From the NCBI GenBank assembly GCA_964632345.1, contig CAZWDD010000002.1, positions 4,827-56,779 on the forward strand: a stretch of 51,953 nucleotides of DNA, written 5' to 3'. A model generated the notes under the pieces. That model made no database searches. It worked only from the letters and a program-made list of their open reading frames with translations, and was not told where the DNA came from. The DNA comes from an uncultured Solibacteraceae bacterium. GTDB lineage: Bacteria; Acidobacteriota; Terriglobia; Bryobacterales; Bryobacteraceae. This document shows positions 1 to 10,100 of this stretch, piece after piece. Both the position numbers and the translations under genes were made by a program. The number at the start of each line of letters is the position of its first letter. Position 1 is the stretch's first letter.

Positions 1-1103
1 GAGTCCTGCCAGCCGCCACCGCTGCCGCCGAGCCACTCGCCAAGGATGGCGCGGGCGGCCACGATGCGGCGGTCGGGCTCAGCAAGGGGTCCGGTGAGGG
101 AGCGGATCTGGCGGGTGGCCCGCATACAGAGCGAGATGAGACAGGCGAGCAGGTTGGTACTGACGGCGAAGCGGCTGCCCTTGGGAATATCGTTGACCTG
201 GCTGACGATCTCGATGCCTGCGCCGGGGCGGCCGGTCAACTTCTCCAACAGCGCGGGGAGCGACTGGCCGCTGCCCTCCATGCCGCCGGGGACGAGGCCG
301 CTGGCGATGACGGCCGCTTTCAGGAGCCCGAGGTAGTCGCGGGCGAAATCGAAGAGCTCTTCGAGGGATGCGACGCTGGCTTCGGCGCCAAGGTCGACAC
401 TGACGAGGCGGAGGACGGGTTCATCGATGACGCGGAGGAAGCCTTCGACGGGGGGGCGGGGGGCCGCATTGGAGCCGCGGACGGCGAGATCGACGGAAAT
501 GTTGATAACGCGGGCGCCTTCGGGGTAATCCATTGCGAGGAAGAAGATGTCACTCCAGGCGCTATGGGTGAGATCCATGCGGACGGGAGTGGTCTCATGG
601 AGAACGGCGAAGGGATTGGAGACGGTAAGTTCGGGGGCGAGCCGGAGAGGATAGTCGGCGAGGTGTCCGGTGCGGAACATCCAACGGTTGCCGGGAAACT
701 GGCGGACGCTGGCGCGGACCTGATCGGCGAGCGTCTGGAAGGCGAGGCCGCGGTAGGCGTTGGCGAGGGCGCTGCTGAGGGCGGGGCTGGCGCCATGGGC
801 CGATTGGGCAGCGAGGAGCTCGGTGACCGCCTGTTCGAAGCGGCGGGCGCGGATATGCTCAATGGCGGAGTAGGGGATGAGTTCGTGGCCGGGGGCGAGG
901 AGAGCAATGTGGAAGCGATGCAGGGTGGAGAGAAAGACGAGGGCGCGGACGCGGTCATAGAGATTCGCGGCTTCGCGGCGGAAGTGATCGAGCCGGGCGG
1001 CCTCGGCGAGGAGTTCGGCGGCGGACCGGCCCGCGGGCCACTGCTCGAAGGGGAGGTCGCGAACGGCGGGGTCCGGGCTGGTGATCCGGTCAAGCAGGGT
1101 CAT
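1..1103 (-). CDS. conserved hypothetical protein, first 367 codons only (3' end lies beyond the left edge)
   Basis: Not in the ORF track because there is no stop in the window. Manual translation from ATG 1103-1101 gives an open frame, MTLLDRITSPDPAVRDLPFEQW...RAILGEWLGGSGGGWQD. It shows the C-ending codon bias of neighbouring minus-strand genes. An ATGA start/stop overlap with the upstream gene lies at 1100-1103. Track ORFs 320..1093(-) and 564..1370(+) are P/S- and G/E-rich off-frame artefacts. Confidence 0.6.
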   Translation of the reverse strand, partial: MTLLDRITSPDPAVRDLPFEQWPAGRSAAELLAEAARLDHFRREAANLYDRVRALVFLSTLHRFHIALLAPGHELIPYSAIEHIRARRFEQAVTELLAAQSAHGASPALSSALANAYRGLAFQTLADQVRASVRQFPGNRWMFRTGHLADYPLRLAPELTVSNPFAVLHETTPVRMDLTHSAWSDIFFLAMDYPEGARVINISVDLAVRGSNAAPRPPVEGFLRVIDEPVLRLVSVDLGAEASVASLEELFDFARDYLGLLKAAVIASGLVPGGMEGSGQSLPALLEKLTGRPGAGIEIVSQVNDIPKGSRFAVSTNLLACLISLCMRATRQIRSLTGPLAEPDRRIVAARAILGEWLGGSGGGWQD

Positions 1104-1936
1104 CGGGCGGCGAGCTCCAGCATCATGGCGAGGATCTCCTCGCGGTCGGGACCGCGGAGGCCGAGGGCGAGTTGCGCCTGCAGGAGCCCGTACTTGGACC
1201 CGATATCAAAGCGGCGGCCGGCGAGGATGGCGGCCAGGTACCGTTCGCGGCGGGCGAGGATCTGGAGCGCGTGGGAGAACGAACCCGTCCCGCCGGAGGC
1301 ATCGACCTGCTCCTGCAGAATGGACATAATGCCGGGGGTAAACAGATGGATGCCGAAGAAACAGAGGTAGTGGCCCTGGCGAAGGCCGGGGGAGGCCAAC
1401 AACTGTTCGGCTTCGGTGGGAGTGGGTTTTTCGAGGACGGTTTCGACCTGGTAGAGTCCGCCGCCAAGCGCAGGACCGCCGACGGCGCCGAAGTACGGCA
1501 GCAGGCCTTCGCGGGTGGGGGTTACGGCACTGACGCTGCAGCCTTCGGCGGCATGGAGCGAGACGAGCCGGGCGGCGAGTTCGCGGGCCTCGCCGTGATC
1601 GGCGAGATAGAAGTGATCCCCGACGAGGTGGAGGAAGGGGCTATCGCCGGTGAACTGGCGCGCCTGGAAGATGGCGTCGGCGTAGCCGCGGGGAGCGGGC
1701 TGCTCGATGAGGGTGATGCGGCGGCCGGAGCCGGCGAAGAGCTTTTCAAAGGCCGGGGCTTCGCCGCTGGCGACGACGACGCCGATCTGGTCGACGGCAT
1801 CGCCGAGCAGGTCGAGCAGGAACTCGCCGATGGTTGGCCGCCGGTTCTCGGCGGTTGCGAGGGTCTGGTGAAGGAGATGCTGCTGACCCGGCCCGGCCGC
1901 CGTGATCACTGCCTTAAGTTTCATATTGCCTGCCAT
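1100..1936 (-). CDS. sugar-phosphate nucleotidyltransferase-like protein (GalU/RmlA-type fold)
   Basis: 278-aa ORF. The N-terminus KLKAVITAAGPGQ and the length resemble an NTP-transferase fold with a degenerate G-x-G-T-R loop. An alternative start is ATG 1924 (MKLKAV). The function is from family resemblance only. Confidence 0.6.
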   Translation of the reverse strand: MAGNMKLKAVITAAGPGQQHLLHQTLATAENRRPTIGEFLLDLLGDAVDQIGVVVASGEAPAFEKLFAGSGRRITLIEQPAPRGYADAIFQARQFTGDSPFLHLVGDHFYLADHGEARELAARLVSLHAAEGCSVSAVTPTREGLLPYFGAVGGPALGGGLYQVETVLEKPTPTEAEQLLASPGLRQGHYLCFFGIHLFTPGIMSILQEQVDASGGTGSFSHALQILARRERYLAAILAGRRFDIGSKYGLLQAQLALGLRGPDREEILAMMLELAAR

Positions 1937-2072
1937 TATCGATGCGCCTGGAACCGCCGGAGAGGGCGGGATTCCCTACTGGCCGGGCTCCAGCCACAGC
2001 CAGGGGTTCTCCACTCTATCGGCATTCGCCGCTCAAACTAATAGATCCGCCTGGAGGGCGCTCCACTATAGG

Positions 2073-2090
2073 GGTACATTTCTGTGTACC
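2073..2090. promoter_or_regulatory. 18-bp palindrome GGTACA-N6-TGTACC in a divergent intergenic region (candidate operator)
   Basis: GGTACA (2073-2078) and TGTACC (2085-2090) are exact reverse complements. They sit in an AT-richer patch between the divergently oriented genes starting at 1936(-) and 2177(+). Confidence 0.2.
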
Positions 2091-2152
2091 ACCAACGGGG
2101 GCCGGGCTGCAGAGGGGGGACACTGCTGCAGCAAAACGGCGGGAAGCCTCGC

Positions 2153-2158
2153 TACAGT
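2153..2158 (+). promoter_or_regulatory. candidate -10 element TACAGT (short leadered mRNA)
   Basis: The context gcTACAGTag is the same 11-mer as at 51272-51282. It lies 18 nt upstream of ATG 2177, and that interval contains AGGAG (2166-2170). Confidence 0.3.
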
Positions 2159-2176
2159 AGAGCTTAGGAGAATTGG

Positions 2177-3400
2177 ATGATGAGATTCTTGCATAGCATG
2201 GCGGCCGTTGCCCTGACCGTGGCAGCGGGCTGGGCGCAGACCAATGTGGGCACGAAGCAGGCGGAGGCGACGCTGCCGTTCAATGTCACGACCGTGTCGC
2301 ATTTCTCACTGCCGTGGCGGATTGCGTTTCTGCCGGACGGGCGGATGCTGATTACCGAGAAGATCGGGCCGATCTGGCTGGTATCGGCGCAGGGAGAAAA
2401 GATCGCGCCGCTGGGCGGGACGCCGCCGGTGTACTGGCAGGGGCAGAACGGGATGCTGGGGATTTTTGTGTCGCCGCATTTCGCGACCGATGAACGGGTG
2501 TACCTGACCTACATCGAGCCGGGCGAGTATGGCGGAAGCCAGGTGCTGGCGCGGGCGAAGCTGAACGCGGGGCGTTCGCCGCGGCTGCAGGATTTCGAAG
2601 TGATCTGGCGGCAGATGCCGCGGGGCAAGGGCGGACAGGCGGGCGGCCAGATTGCGTTCGCGCCGGACGGGAAGTCCCTGTTCATGAGCGTGGGCGACCG
2701 GCAGCGGATGACGCCGGCGCAGGATCCGGACCAGCCGGTGGGCAAGGTGGTGCATCTGACGCTGGACGGCAAGCCGGCCCCGGACAACCCGAACTATGGA
2801 AAGACGGGCGCTTCGACGATTTCGCTGATCGATCCGCCGCGGGACACGGAGCTGGCGAAGACGGCCAAGCCGGTGAGCACCTACACGTTCCCGGGGCCGA
2901 ACCTGACGCCATCGGAGACCTGGGCGAGCGGGTTCCGCGCGCCGTACGGGCTGGCGTTTTCGCCGGCCGGAGAGCTGTGGGAGGTGGAGCACGGCCCGCG
3001 CGGGGGCGACGAGTTGAACCTGGTGCAGAAGGGCAAGAACTACGGGTGGCCGCTGGTATCGTTCGGCATGAACTACAACGAGGTGCCGATTCCGAGCCAC
3101 GACTCGCGGCCTGAGTTCACCAAGCCGGTGCTGTACTGGACGCCGGTGATCGCGCCGGGGAACCTGATGTTCTATCGCGGGAAGAAGGCGTTTCCGCAGT
3201 GGGACGGCAACGGGTTCATCAGCGGGATGGGGAGCCATACGCTGAACCGGATCATCTTCGACGGCAAGGGCGGCGCGAAGGCGGCCGAGCGGTGGGACCT
3301 GGGCAAGCGGCTGCGCGATGTGGCGCAGGCGCCGGACGGGACGCTGTGGCTGCTGGAGGACGCGAACCCCGGCGCGCTGATTCATGTGACGCCGAAGTAG
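2177..3400 (+). CDS. PQQ-dependent soluble sugar (glucose/sorbosone) dehydrogenase family protein
   Basis: 407-aa ORF with AGGAG upstream of the ATG and a signal peptide (MAAVALTVAAGWAQT). The motifs LPWRIAFLPDGRMLITEK and GPRGGDELNLVQKGKNYGWP are typical of this beta-propeller family. Confidence 0.85.
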   Translation: MMRFLHSMAAVALTVAAGWAQTNVGTKQAEATLPFNVTTVSHFSLPWRIAFLPDGRMLITEKIGPIWLVSAQGEKIAPLGGTPPVYWQGQNGMLGIFVSPHFATDERVYLTYIEPGEYGGSQVLARAKLNAGRSPRLQDFEVIWRQMPRGKGGQAGGQIAFAPDGKSLFMSVGDRQRMTPAQDPDQPVGKVVHLTLDGKPAPDNPNYGKTGASTISLIDPPRDTELAKTAKPVSTYTFPGPNLTPSETWASGFRAPYGLAFSPAGELWEVEHGPRGGDELNLVQKGKNYGWPLVSFGMNYNEVPIPSHDSRPEFTKPVLYWTPVIAPGNLMFYRGKKAFPQWDGNGFISGMGSHTLNRIIFDGKGGAKAAERWDLGKRLRDVAQAPDGTLWLLEDANPGALIHVTPK

Positions 3401-3425
3401 GATTGCCGGCAGTAGAAGCAGGTTG

Positions 3426-3456
3426 AAGGGCGCCGTTCGCGGCGCCCTTACTTTTT
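3426..3456 (+). terminator. Rho-independent terminator
   Basis: Perfect 10-bp stem AAGGGCGCCG / CGGCGCCCTT (3426-3435 / 3440-3449) with a TTCG loop, followed by ACTTTTT. It starts 26 nt after the stop of the + strand gene. It overlaps the stop codon of the convergent gene. Confidence 0.75.
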
Positions 3457-5097
3457 GGCCGGCGGCGCTTCCTCGACGAGGAGGACGCGATTTGCCGGGA
3501 CGTCGCTGACGCGGCTGACGGCGCCGCTGGGCCAGCGCACCTCGACTTCAGCCACGCGGGACTCCGGGCCGAGGCCGAAGTGGAGCTGGCGGCTGCTGGA
3601 GGACAGGAACCCGACGCTGGGGTTGACCCAGTCATACAGGGTCCGGCCGCCGGGGGTGGTGACCTTCACGCGCGCGCCGATGCCGTCGCGGTTCGACGCG
3701 GCGCCGCGCAGCAGTACGCCGAGCCAGCCGGGGTTGCCGGGGACGCCGCCATTCAAGAGAATTGCAGGCTTCCTGCCGAGGGAGGTGACGACGATATCGA
3801 GGAAGCCATCGCCGTTGAGATCGGCGAAGGCAGCGCCGCGCTGGAAGCCGCGCCGGGCGAAGTGGTCTCCGGCCTGTTTGGAGACATCGGCGAAACGGCG
3901 GCCGCCGCGGTTTTCGAACAGTGTATCCGTCTGTTCGGCGTTGTCGCGCAGAGAGTCGACGTCGCCGTTGGCGGAGTAGAGATCTTTCCAGCCGTCGTTA
4001 TTGAAATCGATGAAGCCGGCGCTCCAGCCGGAGTAGGGGGACGAGAGGGGAGCGAGTCCGGCGGCGGGCGTGACGTAGCGGAACGACTTTCCGCCGAGGT
4101 TGCGGAAGAGTCCCCAGATCTGGGTGGTGAGGTTGTTGTAGAAGATATCGGGCCAGCCGTCGTTGTCGTAATCGCGGGCGTCGGCGCCCATGGCGGAGAC
4201 GGTGGCTGCGTCGTCGTTGTAGGCCACGCCCATGGCGAGGCCGCGCTCGGCGAACGTGCCGTTGCCGAGGTTCCGGTAGAGGAAGTTCGGCTCGGTGTCG
4301 TTGGCGATGAAGATATCCGGCCAGCCGTCGCCGTTGAAGTCGGCGACGGCGACGCCCATGCCCTTGCCGAGCGCGCGGCCGAAGCCGGCCGCATCGGTGA
4401 CGTCCTGAAACTTGCCGCCGCCGAGGTTGCGGTAGAGACGATGGGGAACGGCGGGGTATGTCTTGGGGTGGCAGTAGAAATCGACGCCGTCCTCGCGGAT
4501 GCAGCGGCGGTCGGTATCGACGGTCCAGGTGGTGTAGTTGGAGACGACGAGGTCGAGCCGGCCGTCGCGATCGTAATCGACCCAGGCGCCCTGCACGCTG
4601 AGGGTGCCGGGGGGTTTTGGGGCGAGGCCGGATTGGGTCGAGACATCGCGGAAGGTACCGTCGCCGTTGTTGCGGTAGAGGGTGTTGGGGCCGGCGTTGG
4701 CGACGAAGAGGTCGGTCCAGCCGTCGTTATCGAAATCGGCGGCGGCGGCGCCGAGGCTGTAGCCGAGCGACTCGCCGCCGAGCCCGGCCTGGCGGGTGAC
4801 ATCCTCAAACTTTCCATCGCCGAGATTGCGCAGGAGGGCGTTGTGGTGGGAGGCATCGGGGCGGAGCAGATCGGGGAACGACGCGCCGTTGGTGAAGAAG
4901 AGGTCGGGGCGGCCGTCGTTATCGAAGTCGAGGACGGCGACGCCGCCGCAGAGGGGCTGGGGGAAGTACTTGCGTTTGCCGTCGTAGCCGTTCTGGGTGC
5001 GATAGGCGAAGTCGCTGCGGGACGCGACGTCTTGGAAGCGGGGGACCTGGGCGCAGAGGACGCAGAGCAGCGCGGCGGCGGCTATTGCTTTCGACAT
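3448..5097 (-). CDS. FG-GAP/VCBS repeat protein with C-terminal ASPIC/UnbV domain (CRTAC1 family)
   Basis: Track ORF 3448..5247 trimmed to ATG 5097, giving the signal peptide MSKAIAAAALLCVLCAQ. The upstream extension is R/P-rich. Repeated DFDNDG / DYDRDG / DFNGDG calcium-loop motifs are present. The C-terminal block NRDGIGARVKV...LHFGLG is UnbV_ASPIC-like. Confidence 0.85.
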   Translation of the reverse strand: MSKAIAAAALLCVLCAQVPRFQDVASRSDFAYRTQNGYDGKRKYFPQPLCGGVAVLDFDNDGRPDLFFTNGASFPDLLRPDASHHNALLRNLGDGKFEDVTRQAGLGGESLGYSLGAAAADFDNDGWTDLFVANAGPNTLYRNNGDGTFRDVSTQSGLAPKPPGTLSVQGAWVDYDRDGRLDLVVSNYTTWTVDTDRRCIREDGVDFYCHPKTYPAVPHRLYRNLGGGKFQDVTDAAGFGRALGKGMGVAVADFNGDGWPDIFIANDTEPNFLYRNLGNGTFAERGLAMGVAYNDDAATVSAMGADARDYDNDGWPDIFYNNLTTQIWGLFRNLGGKSFRYVTPAAGLAPLSSPYSGWSAGFIDFNNDGWKDLYSANGDVDSLRDNAEQTDTLFENRGGRRFADVSKQAGDHFARRGFQRGAAFADLNGDGFLDIVVTSLGRKPAILLNGGVPGNPGWLGVLLRGAASNRDGIGARVKVTTPGGRTLYDWVNPSVGFLSSSSRQLHFGLGPESRVAEVEVRWPSGAVSRVSDVPANRVLLVEEAPPAKK

Positions 5098-7133
5098 GTT
5101 CCGAATAGCCAATCTCGAAATACGGTACACGACCCGGGGGCGTCGCGGGCGCCGAGGGTTTCGGCGGTGCGGAATTTCGCCGCCGCCTCGGTACGGCGGC
5201 CCGCGTCGAGGAGCAGCATCCCGTGCGCGACCCAGGGGTGCGCCCACTCGGGCGAGGCTGCCTGCAGGCGGCGGAGTTGCGCCTCGGCCTGTGCGCGATC
5301 GCCCCGTAGCGCAAGGACCATGGCCTCGGCGAGGCGGAGTTCGCGGTTTGCCGGCGCGGCGGCCAACCCGCGGCGAAGGACGTCGAGCGACTCTTCGCTG
5401 CGTCCGTACCTGGCGAGGAGCAGGCCGGCCTCACGGGTGAGGTCCGGGCTGGCGGCGCCTGCGGCGAGAGCGTTTGCGACGGCCTGGGCGGCGGGGCCGG
5501 GCTGGCCGAGCGCATCGAGGGTGCGGGCGCGGGCCATCCAATAAGCGCCATCGCGCTGCTCGGTGGCGACGGCGTCCAACCCGGCGAGCGCGGCTGCGGC
5601 CGCGCCGGTGCGAAGGCGAGCGTTGGCAAGGGCGGCCGGCGGGCCGCTCCGCTCCAGAAAGGCCAGGGCCAGTCCGGGTTCGCCGGCGTCGAGCAAGGTT
5701 TGGCCGGCCTGGCTCCAGATCTCGCGGTCGGCATTCAACGAGAGCAGAGCGCGGTAGGCGCCGATGGCGTCGGCGGAGCGTCCATCGGCGAGCAGGAGGC
5801 CGGCGAGGTGGAGTTGGAGGACGGGGTCATCGGGGCGGGAGGCGGCCATGGAGCGGAAGCGGTCAATCTCCCTGGCGCGGCGGCCGGCGGGATCGAGAGT
5901 GGCGAGTTCGATCATGCCGGGTTCGCGGCGGGCATGGCGCTGGCGGGCGGGGCGGAGCTTGCGGTAGGCGGCGAGCCATTGTTCGCCCTCGGCTTCGCGG
6001 CCGAGTTCGGTGAGCGCGCGGCCGAGGTGGAGCGCCACTTCGGCATCGGCGGGCGCGAGGGCGGCGGCCTTGCGGAGAGCGGCCTCAGCTTCGTTGGGCT
6101 GGTCGAGGGCAAGGAGCGCGACGCCGAGTTGGTCGAGGGCGCGGATGTCATCCGGCACGACGCGCAGCGCCTGCCGCAGGTGAGGGATGGCTTCGGGGGT
6201 GCGGCCCATACGGTGCAGCAGCCAGGCGCGGGCGACGTGAGCGGGCGCGTGGCCGGGCTGGAGGACGACGGCCTGCTGCAGCGAGGCCAGTGCGCGATCC
6301 GGATCTTTTTCCCAGACCAGTTGGGCAAGGTAGAAGTGGCCGTCGGCGTCCTGCGGTTGGTTGGCGATGTGGCGTTCGAGTTCGAGTATGCCGGCTTGGC
6401 GGCCGCGCGGGGTGTGGGCGAGAGCGCGGGCGCGGTCGCGGCGGGCGGCAGCATCGGCCGGGGCGAGTTGCAGGTAGCGGTCGTAGGCGAGGACGGCGTC
6501 ACCGAAGTAGCCGGCGTCCTCGGCGGCGCGGGCGAGGGCCAAGGCGATGGCGGGATCGCGCGGGGCCTGCGCCTGGGCGCGCGCGAGGAGGAAGACGGCC
6601 CTGGGGAAATCGCCGGCGGCGGCGTTGGCAAGACCGGCTTCGAGGGTTGCGGCGGGATGGTCCGGGCGGAGGCGGAGGGCGGCTTCGAGGGTGTTGCGCG
6701 CGGTTTTTGCGTCGCCGGCGCGGGCCTGCGCCTGGCCTAGCAGGAGGAGGATATCGGGGTCGCCCGGCAGCGCAGCGGCGAGGCGCTGCAGGCGGTCCCG
6801 CGCGGACGGGAAGTCGCGTGCCGCCATTTCCAAACGCGCTATCTGGATGCTGGCGTTAGGATGGTTCGGGTTGAGGCGCAGGAGGCGGGCGAAGTGGATG
6901 CGGGCCTTGTCCGGGTGCCCGCAGGCGAGATAGTGATTGCCGGCGTTGTTGAGCAACGCGGGGGAGGGCGAGGGGCGCGCGAGTGCGCGGAGGTAGATCT
7001 GTTCCGCCTCCGCGCACTGCCCTGCCTGGTCCAACTGCGCAGCCCTCCGAATTTCATCGGAAGGCTGCGCAAGGACCAGCGTGGCCAGACACAGCAGCAG
7101 ACAGTGGAGCCTAGAACTCAACCCGCAACCCAA
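5082..7133 (-). CDS. TPR-repeat protein, secreted
   Basis: 683-aa ORF with an N-terminal hydrophobic signal (LHCLLLCLATLVLAQ). A/L/R-rich 34-residue-type repeats run throughout. It overlaps the downstream FG-GAP gene by 16 nt and the upstream receptor gene by 23 nt. Confidence 0.8.
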   Translation of the reverse strand: MGCGLSSRLHCLLLCLATLVLAQPSDEIRRAAQLDQAGQCAEAEQIYLRALARPSPSPALLNNAGNHYLACGHPDKARIHFARLLRLNPNHPNASIQIARLEMAARDFPSARDRLQRLAAALPGDPDILLLLGQAQARAGDAKTARNTLEAALRLRPDHPAATLEAGLANAAAGDFPRAVFLLARAQAQAPRDPAIALALARAAEDAGYFGDAVLAYDRYLQLAPADAAARRDRARALAHTPRGRQAGILELERHIANQPQDADGHFYLAQLVWEKDPDRALASLQQAVVLQPGHAPAHVARAWLLHRMGRTPEAIPHLRQALRVVPDDIRALDQLGVALLALDQPNEAEAALRKAAALAPADAEVALHLGRALTELGREAEGEQWLAAYRKLRPARQRHARREPGMIELATLDPAGRRAREIDRFRSMAASRPDDPVLQLHLAGLLLADGRSADAIGAYRALLSLNADREIWSQAGQTLLDAGEPGLALAFLERSGPPAALANARLRTGAAAAALAGLDAVATEQRDGAYWMARARTLDALGQPGPAAQAVANALAAGAASPDLTREAGLLLARYGRSEESLDVLRRGLAAAPANRELRLAEAMVLALRGDRAQAEAQLRRLQAASPEWAHPWVAHGMLLLDAGRRTEAAAKFRTAETLGARDAPGSCTVFRDWLFGTCRKQ

Positions 7134-10100
7134 GCTGGGCGCGGCGTCCGAACGTGGCCGACAGCTGGTTGTTCGTTACGCCGAAGAGGCTGCTCAACAC
7201 ATTGGTGTTCGGGTTCGCCCACGTCATGTTGTTGGCAGCGTTGAAGACGTCCATGCGCATCTCGAAGCGGTACCTTTCGGTGATGGGCATGCGCTTGACG
7301 ATGGACATGTCGAGGTTGAAGAGGCCGGGATTGGTGAGCCCCTCGTACTGCCAGGGGTTTTCGCGCGGGGTGAAGTTGGGCAGGCGCTGGAATGCCGCGG
7401 TGTTGAACCACTTGCCGGGCGTGGGGTTTTCAATGAGAGGGTCACCGGTGACGACGGCGCCGCCGAAGCGGGTAAAGAAGCCGGAGCGCCAGGTGAGCAG
7501 GCCGGTGAGGTCCCAACCGCCGACGGCGTAGTCGAGCACGCGGGGCATCTGGGAGCCGAAGGCGCGGCCGCGGCCGACGGGAAGCTCCCAGGTGGCGGCG
7601 GTGGTGATGCGGTGGCGCGGGCGGTCACTTTCCTGCCAGGTGAAGTTGCGCTCGTAGGCCGCGATGTCGTTAAAGAACACCTCGTCCTGCTGGCGGGCGA
7701 AGTTGTAGCCGAGCAGTACGGAGTAGCCGTTACCGAAGCGGCGGTTGAGGCGGAGCTGGAGGGACTGGTATTTCATCCGGCCGCCCTGGATGCCATCGAT
7801 GACGTTGAGGTTTCCGTACTGCGGATACTGGCGCATGAGCGAGGTGAGTGCCACGGTGCGCTGGTAGCGGAGGGCGCCGGGGAACTTATCGACGGTGGAG
7901 AAGTTATAGAACGGGTTGGGGACGGCTTTGTTGGTGGCGTCCTTGTACTGATAGGCGACGCGGGGGTCCACCTGATTGACATTGAATCCGCCGACGAGCT
8001 GGCCGGTGAAGTTGAGGTAGTAGGTGACGTCGAGGAGGATGTTCTGCGGCAGCTGGCGCTGGAAGGAGAAGTTGATGCGGTCACTGTAGCTGCGGGGCCT
8101 GTTCTGGGCGACGAAGGAGAGCGAGTCGCCGAGAGAGGTGTAACGGCCGAGTGATTTTTCGTAGGCCGGCACGACGGGCTGCGAGGCCGGGAAGGGATCG
8201 CGGAGGCGTGCCGAGGGGATGCCGAGGACGGCCGGGTAGGCGCCGGTGACGTTCTTGAAGCCGACATAGTAGGTGTCAAAGACGTTGAAGGTGCCGCCGG
8301 TCCAGGGGGTGAGGTAGCGGCCATAGCCGACGCGGAACGAGGTGTTGTCATTGATGCGATACGCGATGCCGGCGCGAGGGGAGAAGCCGCCGCGGCCGGC
8401 GTCCCACTGGCCGCGGTTCTGCGCGTCGGCGAATTGGAATGCGCCGTTGAAGGTGGTGGGTCCCTGGTAGAAGCTTCTGAGCTCAGCGGGCATCTGCGGC
8501 GCGCCCGCCCCCTGCATTTCGGGGATGGGCGAGGTGAGATCGAGCGGGCGGGTGAGGCGGTTCTCGGGATCGGTGTAGGCGGTTTCGTACTCATACCGGA
8601 GGCCGAGGTTGACGGTGAGGTTGCGGGAGACCTTCCAATCGTCGTTGATGAACATGCCGTAGAACCGGTTCTGGCCCTGGGGCAGGATGGTGGTGGTCAT
8701 GGAAGTGGAGCCGCTGTCCCAACTGTCGGCGCCGTTGCCGGCGGGTTGGATGGCGCCGAGCAGGAAGGTGGCGTAACCGTCGCCGGAGGTGCGGAGATCG
8801 GGATTGACGAAGGTGGCCGAGGTGGCGTCGGCCTGGAAGCCGAAGCCGGGGTTGTTGCTGACGATGAGGCTGGTGGTGCGGGTGCCGCGGGTGTCGGCGC
8901 CCATTTTCAGATAGTGCCTGCCCTGCTGGCGGGCGACTTTGACGCTGACGCTATCGGCGTTGGGGCGCTGGTCCCAGGTGCCGCCGCGGGGGCCCATGGA
9001 GGTCCAATACTCGCCGGTGCCGGTGCCCATGATCGACATGCGGGGCAGGAGTTCGGGAACGACCTTGTTGCCGAAGACGGTTTGATGGAAGTTGGAATTC
9101 GGCCAGTATTTGGCCCAGCAGCCTTCACAGGTGGAGGCGTAGCGGGAGGCGTCGATGAAGCTGTGGTAGGTGGCGTTGATGTTGACGACGGTGGCGGGGC
9201 CGACGGTCCAGACGGCGTCGCCGGAGATGGAGGTGGCGTCGCGCTGGCTGCCGCGGTCGTTGACGAAGAACTCCGAGCCGGTGGGGTTGGAGGTGGTGAC
9301 GGGCGTCCAGAGTTTGCTGTAGCGGCCGTAGAAGCGGAGCTTGTCGCTGTGGATGTAATCGACGCGGTTGGAGAGGTTGTGATAGTCGTAGCGGATGGGG
9401 AGGGGGACGTAGTAGTTGTTGATGTTGTAGGGTCCCTGGCCGGGGCGGTTGGAGTTCCAGAGCCCGGCCATGTACTGCACGGCGATGGGGTCCTGTTGCG
9501 AGCGCGGGATGACGTTGCCGGGGAAGGGCATGCGGGTGACGGTGCGGCCGTCGGCGGAGGTTTCGGTGGTGAACGGGTCATAGATGGTGCGGAGGCCGCC
9601 GACGGCGTTCAGGGACCGGGAGAAGTCACCCTGGCGTTCGAGATCCGAAGGCACGGTGTTGATGAAGTCGTTGGGATCGGTTTTGCGCCACTGCTCATAG
9701 GAGAAGAAGTTGAAGAGCTTGTTCTTCTTGATGGGGTTGCCGAGGGTGCCGCCGCCCATGTGGATACGGCCGAGGTTGATGGTGCGGAAGACGCGGTTTT
9801 CGAGGGCGTTGGCCCAGGGATACTGGCCCTGGTAGAAGGTGTTGCCGTGCCAGGAGTTAGTGCCGGATTTCATGGTGAGGGTGATGGCGGAGCCAGAGGA
9901 GTGGCCGTATTCGGCGTCGACGGCGTTCTGCTGGACGGCGACTTCCTGGACGGAATCGGGCGAGGGCATGTAGCTGGTCTTGTAGCCGATGCCGATGGGG
10001 CTGCCGTCGATCTGGAGATCGTTGGAGTAGTCGCGGCCGCCGCCGATCTGCTGGCGGTTGCCGGACCAGGTGAAGTAGGGTTCGACTTCGCGGGCGGTGT

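Noticed and set aside
2106-2132. A hairpin, GCTGCAG-N13-CTGCAGC, in the 5' region of the PQQ-dehydrogenase gene.
   Set aside because: The arms are just two copies of the self-complementary CTGCAG hexamer with a G-rich 13-nt loop. It has no U-tract and lies upstream of the predicted -10, so there is no clear regulatory reading.
5098-5247. N-terminal extensions of track ORFs. These are 5098-5247, 15928-16074, 18778-18837, 31779-31844, 35440-35541 and 37563-37778. Others are 39393-39977, 42782-42856, 45216-45230, 45347-45655 and 51022-51096.
   Set aside because: The extensions are R/P/G-rich, overlap the neighbouring gene, or precede an obvious signal or TAT peptide. The internal start gives canonical N-termini, ATGA coupling, or a -10/RBS element at the proper distance.
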